Of a stretch of DNA of 64,000 bases, positions 9,353 through 17,268 are shown one piece after another (within the stretch, counting starts at the first letter, position 1; each line of letters starts with the position of its first letter). Both the position numbers and the translations under genes were made by a program. The stretch is from Pyrinomonadaceae bacterium (GTDB lineage: Bacteria > Acidobacteriota > Blastocatellia > Pyrinomonadales > Pyrinomonadaceae): NCBI GenBank assembly GCA_041749555.1, contig JBGTBC010000338.1, positions 5,057-69,056 on the forward strand, in the 5' to 3' direction. The notes beneath the pieces were generated by a model. It had not been told where the DNA came from. It saw only the letters and a program-made list of their open reading frames with translations, and made no database searches.

Positions 9353-9582
9353 TCGATCCCAGTCAAGAACGCTATAAGGGTGAATTGGGGATCGGTAGCC
9401 GCATCTTCGCCACGGTCATGGGGTCTACGTGGGTAGCTGTCGGTTCTTACGGGGCGTATCGCGGAGCAACTACCGACCCGTGGTACATAATTGCGCTGAG
9501 CTTGATCGCAATTGTCTATGGAGCCCTCTGGCTAAACACAGCCCGCACCGGAAAATGGGGAAAGATACCGCTTTGGCCTTAG
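9349..9582 (+). CDS. small membrane protein, unknown function
   Basis: 77 aa with two hydrophobic helices. Its start overlaps the stop of the upstream gene by 4 nt. Confidence 0.45.
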   Translation: MIDPSQERYKGELGIGSRIFATVMGSTWVAVGSYGAYRGATTDPWYIIALSLIAIVYGALWLNTARTGKWGKIPLWP

Positions 9583-9584
9583 CG

Positions 9585-10577
9585 TCACATCGAGTTCGAG
9601 ATAAGCTCGAGCGAGCGATCATAGCGATATGAGATGCCCATATGTCCGTCATCGAATTCCTCGTGGATGTAAGGTATATCATGATCACGCAGCCGATTCG
9701 CCAGGACGCGTGCGCCGATATCGAGCGAATATTCGTCACGAGTGCCAGCGTCTAAATACAGCAGCTTAAGGTTCTTTAGGTTTTCCACATATTTTTCCAC
9801 AAGCCGTACCGGGTCATGCTCCAACCAGCGTGACCAGACATCTCTCCGCAGCTCGCCTGTTTCCATATCAAAAGGCAGGTCGTAACCCGTGCCATTCGGT
9901 GAATAGCATGCGCTCATTCCGATCGTATTTAAGGCGTAGTGGTCATCTCTGCCTTGCTTTTCAGAAGAGTGAAATCGCTTCATAAACCCCCTGGGGTCGC
10001 CCTTTATCAGCCGGAACGCTTTGGTAAAATCACCTGGATAGCACACTTCAAAATACGCATCGCCTGCCGTCGAGCACACCAACCCGAATTTGTCGGCGTG
10101 CCTTAGCCCCATCATCAGGGCCCCATATCCGCCTGATGATTTGCCCATTACCGCGCGAGATCCGCGATCGGCGACAGTACGAAAGTTCTGATCCACAAAA
10201 GGCACGATCTCTCGCGTTAGATAGTCTTCGTAATTCCCTGTGGCCGTTGAATTGATATATTGCGAGCCGCCGTAATAGGTAAAGCAGTCGGGCATTACCA
10301 CGATCATCGGTTTGATAGTACCGGCGGCTATCAGGCGGTCCATCCGTTCGGCGAGGTTGGGTGTAAAGGCGTGATCATTAAGAAGCATTTTCCCGCGGCC
10401 GGTAAAACCAGTGAGGCAATAAACCGTCGGATATCGTTCGATACTTGCGCCATAGCCCGGAGGCAGATAGACATAAAGGTCGCGGACGTGCGGATCGCCG
10501 AGCGGATTACCCTCAAGGGTCTTGCTCGTAATAGTGGGGTTAACTACCGATCCTTTCATCACTTGAGTATCAGACAT
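9585..10577 (-). CDS. esterase-family alpha/beta hydrolase (putative-esterase / enterochelin-esterase-like)
   Basis: Contains YPTVYCLTGFTG and the GKSSGGYGAL nucleophile elbow. Confidence 0.75.
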   Translation of the reverse strand: MSDTQVMKGSVVNPTITSKTLEGNPLGDPHVRDLYVYLPPGYGASIERYPTVYCLTGFTGRGKMLLNDHAFTPNLAERMDRLIAAGTIKPMIVVMPDCFTYYGGSQYINSTATGNYEDYLTREIVPFVDQNFRTVADRGSRAVMGKSSGGYGALMMGLRHADKFGLVCSTAGDAYFEVCYPGDFTKAFRLIKGDPRGFMKRFHSSEKQGRDDHYALNTIGMSACYSPNGTGYDLPFDMETGELRRDVWSRWLEHDPVRLVEKYVENLKNLKLLYLDAGTRDEYSLDIGARVLANRLRDHDIPYIHEEFDDGHMGISYRYDRSLELISNSM

Positions 10578-10616
10578 AATTTAGTTTTGTCGGATTATAG
10601 CGTAAAATCCGATGTT

Positions 10617-11252
10617 ATGGCCGCTGGCGAACTAGTAAATGTCAATCCGCAGCTGTTGAGTTCGACGATCGAATTTCTCACGGCGATGGTCACGCCAACC
10701 CTGCTGATCTCGGCTACTGGTTCGCTTGTGCTATCGACCTCGACACGCCTTGGAAGGGTTGTCGACCGCGTCCGGGCTTTGGAGGTCCGCCTCGGTGAAT
10801 TGATCTATGTCACTAATAAAGACGAGGTCCCGCTATATGACGAACGGGTCGAGGTCATCGTCGACCTTTTGGACAAGGTGACCTCCCGGTCGCGAATACT
10901 GCAGCATGCGATGGCGGCTTTCTATTACGGACTCGGGTTCTTTATCCTGACAAGTGTCTCGATAGCGGTTGTCGGTCTTTTTGGCATTTATCGGTGGATG
11001 CCGATCCCTATCGGCATCGTTGGCATAATGTTCCTATTCTGGGGAAGTCTGCTGATGCTGCGTGAAACCCGGATGGCAACCGCAACAGTAAACGCCGAAA
11101 TGGATTTCGTTTGGGCGCTCGCCAATAAAGTTGCGCCGAGATCGGTGATCGACAAGTACGAGCCGAAGGGTCGATTCAGCGGAATGGCGACGGCGAGGAT
11201 CAAAAAGAAGAAGAATGGACCCAAAGTATCTAACACTCTTGGCGGCGAATGA
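10617..11252 (+). CDS. DUF2721 membrane protein
   Basis: Starts at the ATG at 10617; the track ORF from 10260 would run antisense through the esterase gene. The TPTLLISATGSLVLSTSTRLGRVVDRVR pattern is DUF2721-like. Confidence 0.65.
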   Translation: MAAGELVNVNPQLLSSTIEFLTAMVTPTLLISATGSLVLSTSTRLGRVVDRVRALEVRLGELIYVTNKDEVPLYDERVEVIVDLLDKVTSRSRILQHAMAAFYYGLGFFILTSVSIAVVGLFGIYRWMPIPIGIVGIMFLFWGSLLMLRETRMATATVNAEMDFVWALANKVAPRSVIDKYEPKGRFSGMATARIKKKKNGPKVSNTLGGE

Positions 11253-12222
11253 ATTGGAGCCGCGTATAGTGGGGCTCGAAAGGCTTTTGAGTTCTTGCAC
11301 CGTTTGTCCAAAAGACTGCGGGAACGACCGCTTGAAGGACGAGATCGCAGCCTGCTATTCCGGCCGCTTGCCGATCGTCTCCAGCTACACCGCGCATTTT
11401 GGCGAAGAGCCTTGCCTTTCGGGCTCCCGCGGCGCCGGCAATATCTTCTTCGGCAACTGCAATCTCCGCTGCGTCTATTGCCAGAATTACCAAATATCGC
11501 AGACCTGGCGTGAGCAGAAAAAGAACGAGGTCACTCACGAGCGCCTCGCCGAGATGATGCTCGAGCTGCAGGACCGCGAATGCCATAATATCGGTTTTGT
11601 TTCACCCACTCATTTTGCTCCGCAAATGGCCCGCGCGATCCTGATCGCCGCCGAACGCGGCCTCCGGCTGCCGATCGTCTACAACACGAACGCATACGAC
11701 TCTGTCGAGGTTCTAAAACTGCTCGACGGTATTGTCGACGTCTATCTTCCAGATCTTAAATATGCGGATGCCGGTGCCGGTTTTCAATACTCAAAAATCC
11801 GTGATTATCCCCGGTACGCCCGTGCGGCGATAAAGGAAATGCACAGCCAGATGGGCGGCGAACTGGTCTTCGGCGACGACGGCTTACTAAAACGCGGCCT
11901 GATGATCCGCCTGCTAGTTCTGCCCAATGAAATCGCCGACCTTGCCGCGAACCTCCGCTGGATCCGCGACGAGCTCGGACCCAAAACCGCCGTATCCCTG
12001 ATGGCCCAATATTACCCGACCAATAAAGCAGCAACCGACGAGCGTTACATTCTCCTCTCGCGGCGCATTTCGGAGGGCGAATGGTTCGAGGCTGTTTCGC
12101 TGTTGGAAAATCTAGGTATCGAAGAGGGTTTTATGCAGGAATACGAATCGGCAACCTATTATTACCGGCCAGATTTTACTGACCACGAAAAGCCTTTCAA
12201 GGACATCCGGGATTTTACCTAG
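11215..12222 (+). CDS. radical SAM protein, PflX-like (pyruvate formate-lyase activase-related)
   Basis: Contains FFGNCNLRCVYCQNYQIS (CxxxCxxC) and a preceding CxxCPxxC; 335 aa. Confidence 0.75.
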   Translation: MDPKYLTLLAANELEPRIVGLERLLSSCTVCPKDCGNDRLKDEIAACYSGRLPIVSSYTAHFGEEPCLSGSRGAGNIFFGNCNLRCVYCQNYQISQTWREQKKNEVTHERLAEMMLELQDRECHNIGFVSPTHFAPQMARAILIAAERGLRLPIVYNTNAYDSVEVLKLLDGIVDVYLPDLKYADAGAGFQYSKIRDYPRYARAAIKEMHSQMGGELVFGDDGLLKRGLMIRLLVLPNEIADLAANLRWIRDELGPKTAVSLMAQYYPTNKAATDERYILLSRRISEGEWFEAVSLLENLGIEEGFMQEYESATYYYRPDFTDHEKPFKDIRDFT

Positions 12223-12230
12223 TAGAAAAG

Positions 12231-12419
12231 ATGAACGAGAATAAGGACATAGAAGAAAGCCGGGCCGAAAAGCTTAAATGGCTTAGGGCTGCGATTGAGA
12301 AAGGCATGGAAGATCTACGGGAGGGCCGCGTAGAAGACGGACCCACTGTCATGGCACGAATCCGTCAAAATCTTCTTAACCTTAAAGTTCGAAAGGAGGC
12401 AGAAAATGAAGATCGGTGA
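12231..12419 (+). CDS. small hypothetical protein (ParD/CC2985-antitoxin C-terminal-like)
   Basis: 62 aa. KLKWLRAAIEKGMEDLREGRVEDGP resembles the C-terminal part of ParD-type antitoxins, but there is no RHH N-terminus and no toxin partner. It overlaps the bcp start by 14 nt. Confidence 0.3.
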   Translation: MNENKDIEESRAEKLKWLRAAIEKGMEDLREGRVEDGPTVMARIRQNLLNLKVRKEAENEDR

Positions 12420-12870
12420 TAACGCCCCTGACTTCACTATGACAGACGGCGCTGGCAACACCTGGACGCTCAGCGACCACCGCGGCAAGACAGTCGTATT
12501 GCTTTTCTACCCGGGCGATAACACACCTGTCTGCACGGCACAGCTTTGCTCGGTGCGGGACCACTGGTCGGAATATCAGACGACGGGTGCCGAGGTTGTT
12601 GGGATATCGACTGACTCGGTAGAGTCGCACAAGGGATTTGCGGAAAAACACCAACTACCACTTCGACTCCTTTCCGATCCCGATCGTAAGGTTTCTGAAA
12701 TGTACGATATGAAGTCGTGGCTCCCCGGCCGCTCGGCACGCGGTGTGGTTGTCATAGATAAAGATGGCAAGATCGCCTATCACAAGGCCCAGCCGTTGAG
12801 CCTCTTCAAGCCCGCAGACAACGAGGTACTTGAAGCCATCCGGAATGCCGAGCCCGGCGGGTCGTGGTAG
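12406..12870 (+). CDS. bcp: thioredoxin-dependent peroxiredoxin Bcp
   Basis: Contains FYPGDNTPVCTAQLC (the peroxidatic Cys motif). A strong AAGGAGG Shine-Dalgarno sequence lies 7 nt upstream. Confidence 0.85.
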   Translation: MKIGDNAPDFTMTDGAGNTWTLSDHRGKTVVLLFYPGDNTPVCTAQLCSVRDHWSEYQTTGAEVVGISTDSVESHKGFAEKHQLPLRLLSDPDRKVSEMYDMKSWLPGRSARGVVVIDKDGKIAYHKAQPLSLFKPADNEVLEAIRNAEPGGSW

Positions 12871-12879
12871 AATCCAGCT

Positions 12880-13173
12880 ATGGCTTTATTTGGTGACAAA
12901 TTCAAATGCGGGCGTTGCGGGCAAAAGGGCGAGGCGCTAGGTTATGCCCCTATCCCGACCGAACTAGGACAAAAGATCGGTGCTGAGATGTGCCAGGGTT
13001 GCTGGAAAGAATGGCAGGAGAAGCAAAAACAGCTCATCAATCATTTCGGCCTCGATGTCTCGAACCCGGATTCACACCAGTTCCTTTTCGATAACATGAA
13101 GATCTTTTTCTACAACGAGGGTGTCGAGTTGGCACAGATCGATACGACGCAGGAAGGAAAGGTCAATTGGTAA
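12880..13173 (+). CDS. Fe(2+)-trafficking / oxidative-damage protection protein, YggX-like
   Basis: 97 aa. ...CWKEWQEKQKQLINHFGLD...FLFDNMKIFF resembles YggX. Confidence 0.7.
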   Translation: MALFGDKFKCGRCGQKGEALGYAPIPTELGQKIGAEMCQGCWKEWQEKQKQLINHFGLDVSNPDSHQFLFDNMKIFFYNEGVELAQIDTTQEGKVNW

Positions 13174-13258
13174 CTGATTGAGCAATTTCGGAATAGGTTA
13201 TAAGTGGGAAGTGCAAAGTACTAAGTTTAATTATCACTTTTAACCTATCACCTATCAC

Positions 13259-13834
13259 TTATTCCGGGGCCATGCCGGTGAACTTCAAAGCTCCCGAATT
13301 TATGCAGTACCGCAGCCCGGTCGGCTTTGGCCCATCGTCAAAGACATGCCCGAGATGCGAACCGCACCGTGCACATTCGACCTCGACCCTCACCATGCCA
13401 TAGGTCCGGTCTTTCTTCTCGACAACATTCTTTGTCGAAACAGGTTCGTAAAAGCTTGGCCAGCCGGTGCCGGAATCAAACTTCGTCGTGGAACTGAATA
13501 CTTTTAAACCGCATGCCGCGCAGTGGTAGTCGCCCGGATCTTTGTTGTTGTCGTACTCGCCTGAGAACGCACGTTCCGTTCCATCTTCGCGGAGAATATG
13601 GAATTGTTCGGGCGTGAGCACAGCTCGCCATTCTTCCTCAGTTTTCTCGACCTTAATGCCGTCAAATTCAGCCTCGGCCGCCGTCAGGTTAATCGTGGCA
13701 GGGGTTGATGACGGCGAGACTGAGGCAGCAGAGGTCGGTCTTGGATTGGTCGTTGATACTTCAGAACGGCAGGCCCAACCGACGAAAGCTGAAACCATGA
13801 GAAGCAAGGTTGCGAATAAAGTCCTGTATCTCAT
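13259..13834 (-). CDS. msrB: exported peptide-methionine (R)-S-oxide reductase MsrB
   Basis: The MsrB core has CAACG...GTGWPSF...[16 protein letters not shown]...RYCINS. It is preceded by a hydrophobic signal/lipoprotein-like N-terminus ([13 protein letters not shown]) and a Ser/Pro/Thr linker. Confidence 0.85.
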   Translation of the reverse strand: MRYRTLFATLLLMVSAFVGWACRSEVSTTNPRPTSAASVSPSSTPATINLTAAEAEFDGIKVEKTEEEWRAVLTPEQFHILREDGTERAFSGEYDNNKDPGDYHCAACGLKVFSSTTKFDSGTGWPSFYEPVSTKNVVEKKDRTYGMVRVEVECARCGSHLGHVFDDGPKPTGLRYCINSGALKFTGMAPE

Positions 13835-13930
13835 AAATCTATGATGGAATTCGATGTCGCGGGCGTGTCAGATTCATAGTTACTAAAACATCGCATTCTA
13901 ATAAACTATAATCGCGGCATCAACGGCTAA

Positions 13931-14632
13931 ATGGCAAAACAGCTCGAACAGAAACATACGCTCGCAGTCAGATGGCTCCATTGGCTCAACTTTCCGCTGC
14001 TCGCCGTCATGATATGGAGCGGCCTGCTGATCTATTGGGCAAATCCCGTCTACGGTCTGTGGCTTGGGCCAATTAAGCTACTTCACTTTTTCCCCCAATG
14101 GTTCTACGACGGGCTTGGCATACCCCAAAGATTGGCCGAGGGGTTGCAGATCCACTTTTTTTTCATGTGGCTGTTCACGGTGAATGGCCTGATATATTTG
14201 TTTTATCTCCTCGGTTCCGGAGAATGGCGGGCTATCCTTCCGGTTCCGGGTTCTTTTAAGCGAGCAGCCCGCGTCGCTCTGCACGACGCTTATGTCGTCA
14301 AGACCCTACCGCCGCAGGGCAAATATAACGATGCCCAACGCATCGCATACACTGGAGTAATTGTTATGGGGACCGCCTCGGTGCTGTCAGGTTTGGCTAT
14401 TTATAAACCGCTGCAATTGGCCTGGCTAACCGCGATGTTCGGCGGCTATGAATGGGCCCGGTGGGTTCACTTCTGGCTGACGATCGCGTTCGTTTTGTTC
14501 TTCGCGATCCATGTAATTCAAGTCGCGATCGCGGGCTGGAGCAACTTTCGCTCGATGATAACCGGAAATGACATGGTCGAGGCCAAACCGCCAGACCGCT
14601 CTGCGACACCCACGACGGAGGCAGATATATGA
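13931..14632 (+). CDS. membrane b-type cytochrome (cytochrome b561 / PhsC-like family)
   Basis: Contains RWLHWLNFPLLAVMIWSGLLIY, four to five TM helices and conserved His residues. It is coupled to the downstream molybdoenzyme by an ATGA overlap. Confidence 0.7.
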   Translation: MAKQLEQKHTLAVRWLHWLNFPLLAVMIWSGLLIYWANPVYGLWLGPIKLLHFFPQWFYDGLGIPQRLAEGLQIHFFFMWLFTVNGLIYLFYLLGSGEWRAILPVPGSFKRAARVALHDAYVVKTLPPQGKYNDAQRIAYTGVIVMGTASVLSGLAIYKPLQLAWLTAMFGGYEWARWVHFWLTIAFVLFFAIHVIQVAIAGWSNFRSMITGNDMVEAKPPDRSATPTTEADI

Positions 14633-15471
14633 GCCGTGACGACGAACGCCGTGCAAACACGGCCCGCATTTTAAACGAAAAACGTCGCCTTTCTCCATCG
14701 ATGGCCGAAGACGAGGCTCGGCGTAAAATGGCCGGATACTCACGCCGCGGATTTGTTGTCGGCGGTGTGGCCGCTCTAGCCGGTATTTTTGGATGGCGGT
14801 GGATCAGCGATGAGACAAAACTGGCGCTTTATCGGCGCACGTTCGAATTCAACGAGAGGATAAGCCAGGCATTTTACCGTCCTTCTCGACTCGCACCCGA
14901 GTTTGCGCCTGAGAGCATAAGCCCCAGGCGGGTCAATGGAATGGAAGGGCTCGAGGGCGACGTAAATCCCTCGGGATGGCGGCTTGCTGTCGGTGGGCTT
15001 GCTGGTCGCACTGATGACCTGCTGCTGACCCTCGAAGACATCAAAAGTTTACCGAGGACAGAGATGACCATAGAACTCAAATGTATCGAGGGCTGGAGCG
15101 TCATCGTCAATTGGGCCGGAGTGCGATTCTCAGATTTTGCGGCCGCATATCTTCCTGCAGCAATAGACGGCAGTATTGCCGATGTTGCCAACCGACCACA
15201 GGACCTGCCGCCTTACGTGTCGCTGTCGACGCCGGATCAGAAATACTTTGTCGGTTGGGACACGCCGAGCATCATGCATCCGCAAACTCTGCTCGCGTAC
15301 GAGATGAATGGTTCACCGCTCCTGCCCGAGCACGGTGCTCCGCTGAGGCTAGCGTCAGCCGCCAAATACGGCATCAAGCAAATAAAGCGGATCGGCCGCA
15401 TCGAATTTACTTCCGAAAGGCCGAGAGATTTTTGGGCCGAATACGGTTACGACTGGTACTCCGGACATTGA
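14629..15471 (+). CDS. molybdopterin-dependent oxidoreductase (sulfite-oxidase fold, MsrP/YedY-like), Tat-exported
   Basis: Has a twin-arginine motif SRRGFVVGGVAALAG, plus LKCIEGWS and HGAPLRL...YGIKQIKRIGRIEF, which are characteristic of the Oxidored_molyb domain. The start could instead be the ATG at 14728. Confidence 0.75.
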   Translation: MSRDDERRANTARILNEKRRLSPSMAEDEARRKMAGYSRRGFVVGGVAALAGIFGWRWISDETKLALYRRTFEFNERISQAFYRPSRLAPEFAPESISPRRVNGMEGLEGDVNPSGWRLAVGGLAGRTDDLLLTLEDIKSLPRTEMTIELKCIEGWSVIVNWAGVRFSDFAAAYLPAAIDGSIADVANRPQDLPPYVSLSTPDQKYFVGWDTPSIMHPQTLLAYEMNGSPLLPEHGAPLRLASAAKYGIKQIKRIGRIEFTSERPRDFWAEYGYDWYSGH

Positions 15472-15478
15472 TCGCCCT

Positions 15479-16144
15479 ATGTTGCTCGACGCCGATTTTC
15501 AGTTGATCAATGAAGAGTTCTACACGGACTCCGTAACTCCTGAACAACTCGACCTACTTCTCCTCGACGGCTGGCGCCACTTCGGCCCGCATTTTTTCCG
15601 GTACAACCTCGGCATCTATGACAACGAGATCCGTCTCGTGCTGCCGCTGCGGGTCAAGCTCGCCGACTTCAAATTGTCTAAGAGCCAACGGCGGATATTA
15701 CGCAGAAATGCTGATGTCGAGACGAATATTGGCCGGGTCACACTCGCTGACGAGACCCTGAGGCTTTTCGAACGTCACAAGCAGCGATTCAAGACCGGAG
15801 CCCCATCGACAATCTACGATTTTCTCGCTCGAGATGCCGAGCCCGTCGAAGTACTCGAGTTAAGTGTTCGTCGAGGCAACCGGCTTGCCGCGGCGAGCTT
15901 TTTCGATGTCGGCGAAACGTCGATCTCCAGCATCTACGGCATATTCGACCCGGATGAAACCGCTGACAGCTTGGGGATCTTCACCATGCTGAAAGAGATC
16001 GAATATGCGATGTCGACGGGAAAAACGCTCTACTATCATGGTTACGCATACGAAGGCAGATCGTTTTACGATTACAAAAAGCGATTCTCGGCTATCGAAA
16101 TGTTTGATTGGCATTCCCATTGGTTGCCCTTCGATAACCGCTGA
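15479..16144 (+). CDS. bpt: arginyl/aspartyl-glutamyl-tRNA--protein transferase (ATE/Bpt family)
   Basis: Contains LLLDGWRHFGPHFFR ... SSIYGIFDPD...SLGIFTMLKEIEYA...YYHGYAY, the Bpt/ATE pattern. Confidence 0.75.
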   Translation: MLLDADFQLINEEFYTDSVTPEQLDLLLLDGWRHFGPHFFRYNLGIYDNEIRLVLPLRVKLADFKLSKSQRRILRRNADVETNIGRVTLADETLRLFERHKQRFKTGAPSTIYDFLARDAEPVEVLELSVRRGNRLAAASFFDVGETSISSIYGIFDPDETADSLGIFTMLKEIEYAMSTGKTLYYHGYAYEGRSFYDYKKRFSAIEMFDWHSHWLPFDNR

Positions 16145-16272
16145 TCAACATTTCCCCTGGCCCCTTCCGATCAATTCCACTCACTCGGTAAGAAACCTGC
16201 AAGCTTGCTGAAGCGGTTCCGTTCTATGGAACAAATGGCGCAACCGCGCTGTCTAAATCCACGGAGGCCCTT

Positions 16273-16809
16273 ATGAGCAAATTCACCAGCCCGCTAGATA
16301 ATATCCGCATCGCATCACCATGTTCCGTAAGTTGGGAGGGAATGTTCGGCAGCGAACGCAAGCGTTATTGCGGCGACTGTAAGCTGAATGTCTATAACCT
16401 CTCAAACATGTCCAGGCAAGAGGCCGAAAACCTGATCCTCAGCTCTGAGGGCCGCCTGTGCGTCCGCTTCTTCCGCCGTGCTGACGGCACCATCCTGACA
16501 AGGAATTGCCCAGTCGGTTGGGCGGCTGTAAAGCAGCGAGCCTCCCGCATGGCTACCGCTGCGTTCTCTATGATCGCCGGTGTACTTACGGGCATTCTCG
16601 GTTTTAACCTGCTAAGAAGTGAGTCGCCTACCCCCGGTCACCGATCGATGGGAGAGATCGCGATCCCGCTTGAAATAGCGGAGCCTGATTATCCTGTCAT
16701 GGGAGCCATAAAGCTGGCAGCCGATCAGATCGAGAGCGGTGAGTACGTTAACGGCCAGATGGTAATAGGCAAGCCGCTTGTTTCCACAAATACGAAACTT
16801 CGAAAGTAA
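16273..16809 (+). CDS. hypothetical Cys-rich protein with a C-terminal-half TM helix
   Basis: 178 aa. Contains IASPCSVSWEGMFGSERKRYCGDCKLNVYNLSNMSRQEAENL. I have seen this pattern in hypothetical proteins but cannot name the family. Confidence 0.55.
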   Translation: MSKFTSPLDNIRIASPCSVSWEGMFGSERKRYCGDCKLNVYNLSNMSRQEAENLILSSEGRLCVRFFRRADGTILTRNCPVGWAAVKQRASRMATAAFSMIAGVLTGILGFNLLRSESPTPGHRSMGEIAIPLEIAEPDYPVMGAIKLAADQIESGEYVNGQMVIGKPLVSTNTKLRK

Positions 16810-17028
16810 AAAGCCGGTTCCTTTGAGACGGCCATTTGATTTTCCTTCTCCTGTTCAGGCGACGATTAAGCGAGTTTGTTCACGATTTTCGCGATCAGCT
16901 TCGCTCGGTCGTAGCCATGCTAGCCCGCCTTACTGAAAAATCACTCCGACCGCCAATTCGTTAAACACATTCCTTACGATCAATGTTGTAAATGCTGTAA
17001 ATTCACGACTTAGCCTTCTTGTCAAAAA

Positions 17029-17073
17029 CCACCATATTTAGTGTTGACAAACCGAATCGACTACAATATAGTC
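17029..17073 (+). promoter_or_regulatory. candidate sigma-70 promoter of nrdAB with overlapping NrdR-box-like palindromes
   Basis: TTGACA (17044-17049), a 17-nt spacer, then TATAGT (17067-17072). ccaCcATATtTaGTGt (17029-17044) is close to the NrdR box consensus acaCwAtATaTwGtgt. A second palindrome GACTA-N5-TAGTC (17059-17073) overlaps the -10 element. Confidence 0.45.
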
Positions 17074-17268
17074 TATATCCACTGATGTAACGGCCTGGGA
17101 CGAACGGGCCTTGAGACCCGCCGGTCAATTCATAACACTGCGGTGCGAAACAAGCCGCCACGCTTTCCCGATACGGTGCGTGGATGTATAGCTTTCTCTC
17201 ATTTTCGCCGCATCTCGGATTTGAACTGGCCGAAAAATCGATCACTGAGAGGAGAATCGACAGATCTT

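Noticed and set aside
10260-10616. A 5' extension of the track ORF 10260-11252 (330 aa).
   Set aside because: The extension runs antisense through the well-supported esterase gene (9585-10577) and has an odd composition. The DUF2721-like sequence begins at the ATG at 10617.
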